DNA of 64,000 nucleotides from an uncultured Chthonomonadaceae bacterium (lineage in GTDB: Bacteria > Armatimonadota > Chthonomonadetes > Chthonomonadales > Chthonomonadaceae). The notes under the pieces are model-generated. The model did no database searches. It worked only from the letters and a program-made list of their open reading frames with translations, and had not been told where the DNA came from. Numbering within the stretch: position 1 is the stretch's first letter; each line of letters opens with the position of its first letter. The stretch is from positions 1 to 64,000 of the forward strand of contig CAWIEK010000057.1 of assembly GCA_963835065.1 (NCBI GenBank). Reading direction: 5' to 3'. Both the position numbers and the translations under genes were made by a program. Shown piece by piece: positions 40,938 through 51,721 of the stretch.

Positions 40938-42397
40938 ATGACCGACAACGCCCAACCCAACCCCGAACACGACGCCGAACAAACCGCGCGGCGAACCTTG
41001 GAACGCCTGCGCGACGCCACGCGGCACAGTCCGTATGAGAACAAGCTGTATCTTGTCGGCGGGCTGCTGCGGGATCGCGCGCTTGGCTTGCCCCCCGGCA
41101 GCGACCTTGACCTTGTGCTGGAGGGTGACGCCGTTGCCCTCGCGCATTTTCTTTATGGGTGCCGATTGTCGCGCCATTTTCCCGTCACCTATCCCCGGTT
41201 TGGAACGGCCATGCTCCACGTTGGGGTTTCCGACGACTTGGACGCGCCCGAAACCGCCGTAGAACTGGTATCCGCCCGCATGGAAAGCTACCAGTCCGAC
41301 TCGCGCAAGCCCGACGTGCGGCAGGGCAGTTTGCGCGACGATGTGTTCCGCCGCGATTTCACCATCAATACGCTGCTGGAAAACCTGCATACGGGCGAAA
41401 CGCTCGACCTGACCGGAACGCGCCCTGACCGATTTGCAGGCGGGTATCCTGCGCACCCCGCTGGAACCCCATGTCACGTTTTTCGACGATCCCCTGCGGA
41501 TGCTGCGCGCGGTTCGGTTCGCGGCCCGCTTCGGGTTTGAAATCGAAGCCGGAACCTGGCAGGCGATTTGTGAGGAATCCGAGCGCCTGCGCCCGCCGCA
41601 GATCGCGCATGAGCGCATCCGCGAGGAGTTCGTGAAGATCGCCAAACTGCCCGGCCCAAAATTTCGGCGCGGCATGGAACTGCTGCGCGCGTCCGGCCTG
41701 CTGGAAAAGTTTCTTGCGCCCATGCTGTCGATGATCGGCTGCGAACAAGGCCACTGGCATCCGTATGACGTGTGGACGCATACCCTTGTCGCGCTGGAAC
41801 ATCTGCCCGATACCGCCCGCCTCGAAATCCGGCTTGGCCTGCTCTGGCACGACTATGGGCAAGCCCCAAACGCAAACCCGAACCAATGACGCCAAAGGCA
41901 TCCGCTTTCCCGGACACCCGCAGGCCGGGGCTGAACTCGCCCGCGCCCTGATGAACCATCTCAAATTTTCCAGTGACGAAATCCGAGACGTGACCGCGCT
42001 GATTGCCAAACACATGCGCCTGGGCGAATACCGCCCCGACTGGACGGACGCGAGCGTCAAGCGCCTGATACGCGACTGCGGCTTTTATCTTGACGATTTG
42101 TTTATTTTAACCCGCTGCGACCAGGCCGCCGTCAACATTCCCGCCGAACAAGCCACTGATCTGGCCGCCCTCCGCGCCCGCATTGACGCACTCAACGCCG
42201 TCTCGAACGTAATGCAGATAGACAGCCCGCTCGACGGCAATGAAATCATGCAGGCGCTCGGTGTCGGACCCGGCCCGCACCTGCGCGACGCCAAAGCCTT
42301 TCTGACGGATGAAGTCATCGAAGGCCGCCTGCCGGAAGGCGACAAGGAAACTGCGCGTACCCTGCTGCAAAACTGGTGGCGCCAAAGACAAGGGTAA
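40938..42397 (+). CDS. cca: CCA-adding tRNA nucleotidyltransferase with HD domain; indels near 41417 and 41858
   Basis: LVGGLLRD, DLDL, RRDFTIN, DDPLRMLRA, ERIREEF, HD(Y)GKP spread over three frames. Confidence 0.88.
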
Positions 42398-42408
42398 CGG
42401 CAAAACCC

Positions 42409-42707
42409 TTCACCACAGAGGCACAGAGGCACAGAGGGGTCACAGAGGAAAACAAGGAGAGATAGAAACCGCGAAACACACGAACTAAACGAAAAAAGGA
42501 CAAAAAGAACAGAAGAACATATAGAAAAGTATCCAAAACCTGTAGAGTAACTGATTCCCTTTGCTCCCTTTGCCTCTTTGCGGTTCTTTTTGTTTTTCTT
42601 TTTTCGTTTAGTTCGTGTGTTTCGCGGTTCCCTCTCCTTGTCTCCTCTTCTTCTCTTCTTTTCTTCCCCTCTGTAACCCCTCTATGTCTCTGTGTCTCTG
42701 TGGTGAA
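42409..42707. repeat. Nested modular palindrome P2
   Basis: TTCACCACAGAGGCACAGAG..AACCGCGAAACACACGAAC mirrored; unpaired CTTTGC module. Confidence 0.92.
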
Positions 42708-42741
42708 AGCGCATTTTGTATTGGTTCTGAATGGGGGCGTA

Positions 42742-43873
42742 ATGGTCAGTTTAATACTCGGCGTTGTGCTGCTGGCAACGATTTTGTGGGATACGTTTGA
42801 AACCATTGTGCTGCCCCGCACGGTGACGCGCAAGTGGCGCTTTACCGTGCTGTTCTTTCGCGGTTTCTGGCTTGTATGGCAGCAGATGATTAAGCGGGTG
42901 CGCAAGAGCAATCGGCGGGAAGCGCTGTTGAGCGCGTTCGGGCCGCTGTCGCTGCTGATGCTGCTGGTCGTGTGGGCGCTGTCGCTGATCTTTGCGTTTA
43001 CCTTAATCCACTACGGCCTGGGGTCGCACACTGTGTCGCCCATACACCAACCGGGGTTTCAAGACGGACTTGTACCTGAGCGGCGTCACGTTTTTCACGC
43101 TGGGCTATGGCGACGTGGTTCCCGACGGCACGTTCGGGCGGGCGCTTGCCGTGTTTGAGGCGGGGACGGGGTTGGGCTTTCTGGCCGTTGTCATTGGATA
43201 TCTTCCCGTGATTTACCAGTCGTTTTCGCGGCGGGAAGCGGGCATTTCGCTGATGGACGCCCGCGCCGGTTCGCCCCCCACGCCTTCGGAAATGCTGCGC
43301 CGCCATGCCGAAGCCGGATGTATGACGATGCTCGTGGATCAACTGCACGAGTGGGAAAATTGGGCGGCGGATATGATGGAAAGCACACTTTCCTATCCCG
43401 TTCTGGCGTTTTACCGCTCACAGCATGACCGGGAATCGTGGCTGTCAAGTTTAATAACCATGCTGGATACGTGCGCCCTGATTCGCGTCTGCCTGGACAG
43501 CGCGGACAATGTGGAAGCCGACTGGCACAAGCCTTTGATGTGGCAGGCGCAACTCACGTTTGCGATGGCGCGTCACGCGGTGGTAGATATTGCCCTGATT
43601 ATGAAATGCCCGCCCACCTATTGCCCGGAGGACCGCCTGCCTGTGGAAGACCTGCGTAAAATCAAAGACATGCTGCGCCAGCACAATGTTTCCCTGTGCG
43701 CGTCCGGGGATGAAGACGCGCAATTGCGAAAAATGCGGAGTGAGTACGAACCTTACGTATACGCGCTTGGCGAACGCCTGCTGCTCACGCTTCCCACCTG
43801 GCTGCCGCCCGCAGACGGCAAGGGCGACAACTGGCAGCGCAGCGCCTGGGACCACGCCGATCATTTTGCCTGA
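42742..43873 (+). CDS. Potassium-channel family protein (Ion_trans_2), +1 indel near 43058
   Basis: FETIVLPR; YLSGVTFFTLGYGD selectivity filter; SYPVLAFYRSQH. Confidence 0.85.
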
Positions 43874-44014
43874 GTTCTTCCTTTGCGCTGTTTTTCTTTT
43901 GCTCTATCCAATTCTTCCTTCTAATTTTCTCTGCATATCCGTTGTGATGCAGGTATCTGCCTGGGCAAAAGGGAAATAAGAAGCGAGTGGAAGAACACAC
44001 AAAAGGAGTCAATC

Positions 44015-44767
44015 ATGGTACACCTTCCCATTGGACTGCAACTGTATTCGGTGCGCGACGACGCGCAAAAAGATTTGGCGTATGTGCTGAAAGAAGTGGC
44101 GCGGATGGGCTACGCGGGCGTGGAGTTCGCGGGCTACTACGGCCACAGCGCAAGCGAAATCCGCACAATGCTCGACGACCTGAACTTGAAATGCTGCGGG
44201 ACGCATACCGGCCTCAATACGCTGCTGGGCGATGAACTGCAAAAAACCATTGAGTTCAATCACACGCTCGGCAACATCTATCTGATTGTGCCCGGCCTGC
44301 CCAGAGAGCGCACGGCCTCCAAAGCCGCCTGGCTGGAAACAGCGCATATCATGAATGAAATCAGCGACAAGGTGGCTCCGCACGGTATGAAGACCGGCTA
44401 CCACAACCATCACACCGAGTTCCACGACATGAGCGGCGAACTGCCCTGGGACATTTTCTTCGGCAACACCAAGCCGGAAGTCGTGATGCAGTTCGACACG
44501 GGCAACGCCATGCACGGGGGCGCGGAAGCCGGCCCGTTCCTGCGCCGCTACCCGCACCGCGCTCTGACCGTGCATCTCAAAGAATACTCCGCCTCCAACG
44601 AGCAGGCACTGATCGGCGAAGGCGACGTAAAGTGGGATGAAATCTTCAACCTGTGCGAAACCATTGCCGGTACGAAATGGTACATCGTGGAACAGGAAAG
44701 CTACGCCTACCCGCCCTTAGAGTGCGCGGAAAAATGCCTGCAAAACCTGCGCAGCATGGGCAAGTAG
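44015..44767 (+). CDS. Sugar phosphate isomerase/epimerase (TIM barrel, IolE/XylA-like)
   Basis: IGLQLYSVR, GYAGVEFAG, YHNH, FDTGN, HLKE, IVEQE. Confidence 0.93.
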   Translation: MVHLPIGLQLYSVRDDAQKDLAYVLKEVARMGYAGVEFAGYYGHSASEIRTMLDDLNLKCCGTHTGLNTLLGDELQKTIEFNHTLGNIYLIVPGLPRERTASKAAWLETAHIMNEISDKVAPHGMKTGYHNHHTEFHDMSGELPWDIFFGNTKPEVVMQFDTGNAMHGGAEAGPFLRRYPHRALTVHLKEYSASNEQALIGEGDVKWDEIFNLCETIAGTKWYIVEQESYAYPPLECAEKCLQNLRSMGK

Positions 44768-44778
44768 GCGAAATACGT

Positions 44779-45089
44779 TTTCACCACAGAGGCACAGAGA
44801 CACAGAGGGGTCACAGAGGGGAAGAAAAGAAGAGAGAGAAGAAGAGAAGAAAAGGAGATGGGGAACCGCGAAATACGCAAACCAAGACGAAAAAAGAAAA
44901 ACAAAAAGAACTGCAAAGAGGCAAAGGTGGCAAAGAGAAGTAGCGACTTTGCAGAGTTTTGCTTGTTCCTGGTTTTCCTCATGTCTTTTTGTTCTTTTTC
45001 GTTTATTTCGTGTGTTTCGCGGTTTCTATCTCTCCTCCTTTTCTTCTTTCTCTGTGAAACCTCTGTGTCTCTGTGCCTCTGTGGTGAAA
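44779..45089. repeat. Nested modular palindrome P3 (inverted copy of the P2 layout)
   Basis: Same modules; unpaired GCAAAG module on the left arm. Confidence 0.92.
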
Positions 45090-45111
45090 GAATTTCAGGA
45101 GACAACAGCGT

Positions 45112-45861
45112 ATGCCCCGGTTTGTTGGAGCCGCCGATATTCACTCGCATCCCCTGCCCGGTATTGACGATGGCGCGGGTACGCTGCAAGACAGCGTGGC
45201 GATGGCCTGCCTTGCCGCGCGGTATGGCACGAGTTTGATGGTCGCCACGCCGCACCGCTGGTATGGCGGGCGCGAAAACACGCCGGAATTATTGCTGCGC
45301 CTCACGCATGAAGTGAACGAGGCGCTGAAGGCCATTCCCTGCGGGCGCTTTATTCAAATTATTGCCGGGCAGGAAGTGCCCCTGCGTCCCGAAACCGCTG
45401 AAGAACTGAAACACCGTCGGCTGCTCACATTCGGGGATGCGGGCAAATACGCGCTTGTGGAACCCCCGTTCGATCACCTGCCCGACTGGACGGTAACGGC
45501 GCTTGCCGACATTCTGGAAATGGGAGTCACGCCCATATTCGCGCACCCGGAGCGCAACGCCGACGTGCAGCGCGACCCCACCGTTCTGCGTGAAATCGTC
45601 CGGCTTGGCGCGTATGTGCAGCTGACGGCTATGAGCGTGGAAGGCGTCAACGGCGAACGCGCCCAACGCGCTGCCTTCTGGATTCTGGACAACCATCTGG
45701 CGACTGTGATCGCGTCCGACTGCCATTCCCCCACGCGCTGGCGTCCGCCCACCATGCGTGGCGCGTACCACGTCCTGTGCCAAAAGTACAACGAACCCCT
45801 CGCCCGCAAACTCTGCATCACCAACCCCACCGCCCTCGCCTTAAGCAAGCCCCTCCCATGA
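45112..45861 (+). CDS. PHP-family tyrosine-protein phosphatase (CpsB/YwqE-like)
   Basis: DIHSH..PGIDDG, VATPH, GQE, AHPERN, IASDCH. Confidence 0.93.
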   Translation: MPRFVGAADIHSHPLPGIDDGAGTLQDSVAMACLAARYGTSLMVATPHRWYGGRENTPELLLRLTHEVNEALKAIPCGRFIQIIAGQEVPLRPETAEELKHRRLLTFGDAGKYALVEPPFDHLPDWTVTALADILEMGVTPIFAHPERNADVQRDPTVLREIVRLGAYVQLTAMSVEGVNGERAQRAAFWILDNHLATVIASDCHSPTRWRPPTMRGAYHVLCQKYNEPLARKLCITNPTALALSKPLP

Positions 45862-45867
45862 AGGCAT

Positions 45868-45977
45868 CGGTGTTCAGGTATTCGGTGTTCAGGTATTCGG
45901 ATTGCCGCTTTTCGATTTTCGATTGCCCTTCCTCTGTCTCCTCTTCTCCTTTTCTCCTTTTCTTCTCTTCTTCCCCT
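45868..45977. repeat. Hybrid repeat tract (GGTRTTC, GATTTTC, pyrimidine module)
   Basis: cggtgttcaggtattcggtgttcaggtattcgg..ttttcgattttcgattg..ctcttctccttttctcc. Confidence 0.8.
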
Positions 45978-45990
45978 CGGCAAATATGCC

Positions 45991-46018
45991 TGAGACTCGC
46001 CGCTCCGGTTGCCGATAA
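45991..46018 (+). promoter_or_regulatory. Possible sigma-28 (FliA) promoter
   Basis: Exact GCCGATAA -10 at 46011-46018 upstream of flgB; weak -35. Confidence 0.45.
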
Positions 46019-46149
46019 TCGGAGAGAAGGCCATTCACAGCAACATATCTACTCCCGCTCGCGCTTGTACCCGGCTCTTCCAATGCGAACTCCCAACGCA
46101 TTGTCCCAATGCCTAATGCCTAGTGCTAATGCCTAACCCGGAGCCGGCC

Positions 46150-46536
46150 ATGTTCGACAAACTTTTCGGCGGCGATGTCTTCGTTGCCAGTACGCGCGCC
46201 CTTGACGCCTACGCCCTGCGCCATCAGACCATTTCCAACAACCTCGCCAACATCAACACGCCTGGCTACAAGCGGCAGGAAGTGCATTTTGAGGATCAGC
46301 TTGCGGGCGCATTGGCGGCCCGCAATGCCCCCGCTGCTGGCGCGTTAAATTCGGTTTCACAGGTCGCGCCCACCGTCGCCACGATTGGCAGCACGTCCCT
46401 GCGCGCCGACGGCAACAATGTAGACATGGAATCCGAAAACATTGATCTCGCCGTCAACACCCTGCGCTTTGAAACCCTGTCGCAGCAAGTCGGCGGCTAT
46501 TTCAGCGGCTTGAAGTCAGTAATCAATTCAAAGTAG
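46150..46536 (+). CDS. flgB: Flagellar basal-body rod protein FlgB
   Basis: ISNNLANINTPGYKR, RADGNNVDMESE. Confidence 0.95.
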   Translation: MFDKLFGGDVFVASTRALDAYALRHQTISNNLANINTPGYKRQEVHFEDQLAGALAARNAPAAGALNSVSQVAPTVATIGSTSLRADGNNVDMESENIDLAVNTLRFETLSQQVGGYFSGLKSVINSK

Positions 46537-46658
46537 TCAGTAGCGAGTAGTCAGTAGTCAGTAGACAATGTTTGTTCTCTGATAGCTTTGTATGTCAACA
46601 CAATCTTAGAGTAGAAGGGCATTTCTACTGACTACTGACTACTCGCTACTGACTACTT
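46531..46658. repeat. Perfect 35-bp inverted repeat of GTAGTCA heptamers
   Basis: 46531-46565 is the exact reverse complement of 46624-46658. Confidence 0.95.
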
Positions 46659-46670
46659 ATGGAGTATTCC

Positions 46671-47114
46671 ATGCCTCTCGGTTCTTCCATGCACATCAGC
46701 GCGTCGGGTTTGACGGCGGAACGCCTGCGCCTGGATGTCATCAGCAACAATATCGCCAACGTCAACACGCCCAACTTTCGGCGGCAGGAAGTGACCTTCG
46801 CGTCCCGCGCCGGGGGTGGCAGCAGTTTCGCTTCCCAACTGGCGGCTGCGCGCGCAGGCAGCCTGTCCGGGGAGGGAGCGGGCGAGGGCGTACAGGTGTC
46901 CGCCATACGCCCGGATATGGACCGCCCGTTCAAAGTAGTTCACGATCCCTCCAATCCCGCCGCCGACAAGGACGGCAACGTCAACATGCCTAATGTCGAA
47001 CCCATCATCGAAATGGTAGACATGATGGCCGCCACCCGCGCCTACGAAGGCGGCGTCTCCGCCATCACCGCCGCTAAACAAATGCAGCAACGCGCGCTCG
47101 ATATAGGGAAATAG
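46671..47114 (+). CDS. flgC: Flagellar basal-body rod protein FlgC
   Basis: ISASGLTAERLRLDVISNNIAN, DPSNPAAD..MPNV..EMVDM..RAYE; GGAG RBS. Confidence 0.96.
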   Translation: MPLGSSMHISASGLTAERLRLDVISNNIANVNTPNFRRQEVTFASRAGGGSSFASQLAAARAGSLSGEGAGEGVQVSAIRPDMDRPFKVVHDPSNPAADKDGNVNMPNVEPIIEMVDMMAATRAYEGGVSAITAAKQMQQRALDIGK

Positions 47115-47216
47115 GCATCAGGCATTAGGCATCAGGCATTAGGAAAATTCTTCATACGCCAAATTTTCCTTCTAACGCCTTGCTCCTAATGCCTAATGCC
47201 TAATGCCTGATGCCTA
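47112..47216. repeat. 33-bp inverted repeat of TAGGCAT heptamers
   Basis: 47112-47144 vs 47184-47216, 32/33 match. Confidence 0.95.
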
Positions 47217-47220
47217 AACC

Positions 47221-47574
47221 ATGAACATTACCGCCATAACCCCAATTACAACCATTCTCGCGCCGGAACGGAGTTTGAAATCCGACCCGGTTCCCGAAGC
47301 GATTTCGTCCGCGCCCGGCGCGTCGTTCCCGATGGAAGCCGGCAGCGCGCCGACCAAATCGTTTGGCGCAATGCTTTCGGACGCCATTGCCGGAGTGAAT
47401 CAGGCGCAGGTACACGCCGGCGATATGACCGCGCGCTTTGCGGCGGGCGAACCGATGGACGTGCATCAGGTCATGATCGCCTCCCAGGAAGCCAGCGTCG
47501 CCCTGAGCCTCGCCCTGCAAGTCCGCAACAAACTCGTGGACGGTTATACTGAAATCATGCATGTGAATGTTTAG
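47221..47574 (+). CDS. fliE: Flagellar hook-basal body protein FliE
   Basis: SFGAML..VN..DVHQVMIA..QVRNKLVDGYTEIM. Confidence 0.95.
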   Translation: MNITAITPITTILAPERSLKSDPVPEAISSAPGASFPMEAGSAPTKSFGAMLSDAIAGVNQAQVHAGDMTARFAAGEPMDVHQVMIASQEASVALSLALQVRNKLVDGYTEIMHVNV

Positions 47575-47577
47575 GAG

Positions 47578-47699
47578 GTAGTCAGTAGTCAGTAGTCAGT
47601 AGCCAGTAGAAATGCCTCTCTCCTCACAGATGCGCGGCGCAGAAACATCTTACAGGAAACGGTTCCTCTACTGACTACTGACTACTGACTACTGACTAC
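47578..47699. repeat. 33-bp inverted repeat of GTAGTCA heptamers
   Basis: 47578-47610 vs 47667-47699, 32/33 match. Confidence 0.95.
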
Positions 47700-47719
47700 T
47701 TCCCCAAGGAGACTCGACG

Positions 47720-49448
47720 TTGCTAGACCGCGCACGAGAGTGGTGGGAAAAACTGGGGCGTGCCAACCAACTGGCCCTGGTGCTGACGACGGTGGGCGTA
47801 TTGATCGCGCTCATCGGCTTTGTCACCTGGGCGGGTACGCCGGACTATGTGCCCCTGTTTTCCAATTTGTCGGCGCAGGATGCCAACGCCATTGCCGAAA
47901 AGCTGAAGGAATCCAACGTGCCTTCCAAGCTGGCGCAGAGCGGCGCGACCATTGAAGTGCCCGCGCAGTTTGCCGATGAGCAGCGCATAAAGATGGTGGC
48001 GGCGGGACTGCCCGCCGCGTCCGCCAATGCCACGACGGGAATGAGCGACGCGCTGACGGGCCAGCACATGGGCGATACGTCGGCGATTGAAGACCTGCGG
48101 ATTCGCTCCGCGAAGGAAAACCAGGTCAGCAAAAGCCTGATGATGATGGACCCCATCGCCAACGCGGTGGTGCAGTCCGCCGCTTCCGACAATAATCCGC
48201 TGATGTTGAGCAATCACGAAACGTCGGCAGCCGTGCTTGTCACCACCAAGCCGGGACATTCGCTGACGGATGAAAACGTGCATGCCATTGTGCGGCTCAC
48301 GCAGATGTCGTTTACCGGATTACAGGAAAAGAACATCAGCGTGACTGATTCGCAGGGCAACGTGCTTTGGGATGGCAACCATGCGGGCGGCGTAGGCGGC
48401 GGTGAGGGCATAGATAAAGCGCGGCGCAAGCTGGAAACTGAGAAGCGCGCGGAAATTCAGAACGCCCTCAATATCGTCTTTGGCGCGCACAACAGCATTG
48501 CCACCGTCAGCATCGAACTGAATTCCGATAGGCGGCAGGAGCACCGCGTGGAAGTGCTGCCCGGCGCGGTCACGATGAAGGAAAACAATGAAACGCATCT
48601 GGAAGGCGCAGGCAAAATAACCAGCACGACGGCTGCGGGCGCGACGGCCAACGTCGGCGGGCCGCCTCCCGCCAATCCCGCGCCGGGCGGCGGGCCGGGA
48701 GTTCCCGGCTATGCGTCGGCGGCGGTACAGCGAGCCTAAAGGCATTTTCAACGAATCAAAGTCGATCACGACTTCGGAACCCGGCAAGACGGAAATCACC
48801 ACGGAAAGCGGGCCGGGCAAGATCGAGAAAATGAGCGTCAGTGTGCTTGTAGACACCAACAAGTACAAAGACCCCGCTGTGCTGGCCGACATCAAAGCTA
48901 AGATCAAGGAAATGGTTGCCGTCAGCATCGGTATCTCCCCCACCGAAGCCGCCAATGGCCGCATGGTATCGGTTGTAGATATGCCGTTCGACCATACGCA
49001 GGAGATGCAGGATCAGGCGGCGGGCGAGCAAGCGCGCCGCGCCGACATGCTCAAACAGCTTGCCGGCCTGCTGATTCCCTTCCTGATTATGGGCATGGCG
49101 CTGTTCCTGCTGGCCCGCGCCCTGCGCAGGTCCAACCCGGCTGCGTTCGCCAAAAATTCCCTCCTGCCCGCCGGGGCCGGCGGGGGCATGGGAGCCTTGC
49201 CGCCGGGTTCGTCCCTGATGCTGGATGGGAACAGCCTGCCGATGCCCGGCCAGATGGTGGGCAGCGCGGACATGATTGATGGCGAAGACGGCCCGCTCGC
49301 GCTCTCCCATGGCAGCAGCGCGCCCAAGAGCTTTGAAGTGATCGAAGAAACATTCGACGCCAACCTGGAAAGCATCCTGCACCTGACCCGCGCCAAGCCG
49401 GACATGGTCGCCATGCTGCTGAAGAGTTGGCTGAGTGAGGAACAGTGA
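47720..49448 (+). CDS. fliF: Flagellar M-ring protein FliF (divergent), indel near 48725
   Basis: TM + YVPLFSNLSAQDANAI, NISVTDSQG; second frame IEKMSVSVLV, TM, PDMVAMLLKSWL; lies between fliE and fliG. Confidence 0.88.
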
Positions 49449-49450
49449 GG

Positions 49451-49566
49451 AAGTTGATAGTTGATAGTTGATAGTGGTCGGCGGGAAGGCGCTTTCCTTA
49501 GCCGCGTAATACGAGGAGGCATGGTTGAACAAGCCTTCTGAACTATCAACTATCAACTATCAACTT
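49451..49566. repeat. Perfect 25-bp inverted repeat of GTTGATA heptamers
   Basis: 49451-49475 vs 49542-49566. Confidence 0.95.
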
Positions 49567-49582
49567 TTCCGAAGGAGATGCC

Positions 49583-50608
49583 GTGAGACCCAGTCCCGCT
49601 ACGCAATTGAACAGTCGGCAGAAAGCGGCCATTTTGTTGGTCGCGCTTGGCCCGGAAGCATCGGCCAAGATATACAAGCACCTGCGCGAGGATGAAATCG
49701 AGAACATGACGCTGGAAGTGGCGCGCATGGGGAAGATCGCCCCGGAAGCGCGGCGGCAGGTTGTGCATGATTTCCATGAAATGTGCATCGCGCAGGAAGT
49801 AATTTCCGAGGGCGGCATAGATCAGGCGCGTAAGGCGCTGGAAGCCGCGTTCGGGGCGGAAAGAGCCAACGAAGTCGTGAACCGCGTCACGCAGGCGCTG
49901 CAAGTGCTGCCGTTCGACTTTATCAAAAAGACCGACCCGACGCAATTACTGTCCTTTATTCAGGACGAACACCCGCAAACGATTGCTTTGATTCTGGCGC
50001 ATCTGGATTCCAAGCAAGCGGCTGCCGTTGTGTCCGGGCTGCCACAGGAACTGCGGGCGGAAGTGGCGCGGCGCATCGCCATCATGGACAGAACTCCCCC
50101 GGAAGTGATCCGCGAAATCGAGCGGGTTTTGGAGCGCAAACTGTCGGGCGCAGTCGTGACGCAGGCGTTTACCGCTGCCGGCGGCGTGAAGGCGCTGGTG
50201 GAAGTGCTGAATTATGTAGACCGCACAACGGAAAAGACTATTCTGGAAAACCTGTCGGAAACCAGTCCCGAACTGGCCGACGAAGTGAAAAAACTGATGT
50301 TCGTGTTCGAGGACATCACGCTTCTGGACGACGGCTCCATTCAGAAGGTGCTGCGCGAAGTGGACAGCAAGGAACTGGGCCTGGCCTTGAAGGGCGTGGG
50401 CGAGGAAGTGCAGTCGCGCATCTTCAAGAACATGAGCGAACGGGCGGCCACCATGCTCAAGGAAGATATGGAGTTTATGGGGCCGGTTCGCCTGCGCAAT
50501 GTCGAAGAAGCGCAGCAGCGCATTGTCGGCGTAATCCGGCGTCTGGAAGAAAACGGCGAGATCGTCGTCGCGCGCGGCGGTGGCGGCGGCGATGAGATCA
50601 TTATCTGA
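49583..50608 (+). CDS. fliG: Flagellar motor switch protein FliG
   Basis: QKAAILL, EHPQTIALIL, MFVFED, NMSERAA. Confidence 0.98.
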   Translation: MRPSPATQLNSRQKAAILLVALGPEASAKIYKHLREDEIENMTLEVARMGKIAPEARRQVVHDFHEMCIAQEVISEGGIDQARKALEAAFGAERANEVVNRVTQALQVLPFDFIKKTDPTQLLSFIQDEHPQTIALILAHLDSKQAAAVVSGLPQELRAEVARRIAIMDRTPPEVIREIERVLERKLSGAVVTQAFTAAGGVKALVEVLNYVDRTTEKTILENLSETSPELADEVKKLMFVFEDITLLDDGSIQKVLREVDSKELGLALKGVGEEVQSRIFKNMSERAATMLKEDMEFMGPVRLRNVEEAQQRIVGVIRRLEENGEIVVARGGGGGDEIII

Positions 50609-50767
50609 TTTTCGATTTTTGATTGCCGATTTTCGATTGATGCCTCATTGCCACTCGATTCGCGTGAGTACAACTTGAAAGTGTCCCATTTGGAGAAGCA
50701 GGAACAGTGCAGAAAATTCACAATCCACAAGCGGCAATCGAAAATCGAAAATCGAAAATCGAAAATC
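50607..50767. repeat. 33-bp inverted repeat of GATTTTC heptamers
   Basis: 50607-50639 vs 50735-50767, 30/33 match. Confidence 0.93.
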
Positions 50768-50772
50768 CCTTT

Positions 50773-51615
50773 GTGCCTTTAAGCGAGACCTGTCTGCCGC
50801 GTGTCGGGCAGGAAAACGCGACCGTTGAGCCGGTGAGTTGGTTTCGAACGCTTGCGCCCGAACTGCCCGGACTGGTCGCGCCTGCCGTCGCGTTGCCTCT
50901 GCCGGTGCAGCGCAATGGCGCGGTTCCCACGTTTGCGGCGTTTCGGGACATGGGCGAGATCGAGCGCGAGGAGCGGGAACGGCGCATGATGGGTACGCCG
51001 GAACCGCCCGAAATCGTGCAGATGCGCTATGAAGCGGAACAAACGGCGCAGGAACTTGTCGGGCATGCGTACATGCAGGCGCAGGCGATTGAGGATGAGG
51101 CGCGGCGGCAAGGCTATGCAGCAGGTTTCGCGGAGGGCGCGGCGGCAGGGCGCGCGGAAGCGGAACAGATCGCGCAACGGCAGGCTGAAGTGGATAAAGC
51201 CATCTGGCATGAAGACATTGCCGCGTTTATCGCGCATGTCGAGACCGAGCGGCAATTGGCCTGGAACGCGCTGGAACCACAGATTATCAGCATGGTTTTT
51301 GAACTGGCAAAGCACGTTATCAAGCAGGAAGTGGAAGTCAGCCGGGATGTGGCTTTGTCGGTAGTGCGTAACGCCCTGCGCCGGGTCGTGGAGGGGGGAA
51401 GCCTGCGTATCCGCGTCAACACCGAAGATTTGCAGACCATACGCGGCAGCCGCGAGGAACTGCTCACATTAGTAGACAACATCCGCCACGTCGAAATCAT
51501 CGAAGACCGGCGCGTAGGCGTGGGCGGCTGCATCGTGGAAACCGACGCCGGCAGCATTGACGCCCGCCTCGAAACCCAACTCGCCGAAGCCGCCAGCCTC
51601 CTCGAATTGAATTGA
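50773..51615 (+). CDS. fliH: Flagellar assembly protein FliH (start uncertain)
   Basis: GYAAGFAEG AxxxG repeats, IRVN, GGCIVETDAGSIDAR. Confidence 0.9.
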   Translation: MPLSETCLPRVGQENATVEPVSWFRTLAPELPGLVAPAVALPLPVQRNGAVPTFAAFRDMGEIEREERERRMMGTPEPPEIVQMRYEAEQTAQELVGHAYMQAQAIEDEARRQGYAAGFAEGAAAGRAEAEQIAQRQAEVDKAIWHEDIAAFIAHVETERQLAWNALEPQIISMVFELAKHVIKQEVEVSRDVALSVVRNALRRVVEGGSLRIRVNTEDLQTIRGSREELLTLVDNIRHVEIIEDRRVGVGGCIVETDAGSIDARLETQLAEAASLLELN

Positions 51616-51721
51616 CCTTATGGAAGCATCATGCAAAAACGACCTGGCCGCGCTGATACGCGCCGCCGAGAACCCTATGGGAACTCGGCGGCGCGTTCTA
51701 TTCCGTACCATGATCGGCGCA

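Noticed and set aside
38866..45089. Palindromes and repeat arrays as CRISPR arrays
   Set aside because: No constant repeat with unique equal-length spacers, and no cas genes in the window.
42315..45255. Lys/Arg- or Phe-rich ORFs across the palindromes (e.g. 42315-42911, 44707-45255, 44858-45238)
   Set aside because: They are translations of low-complexity repeat DNA overlapping real genes.
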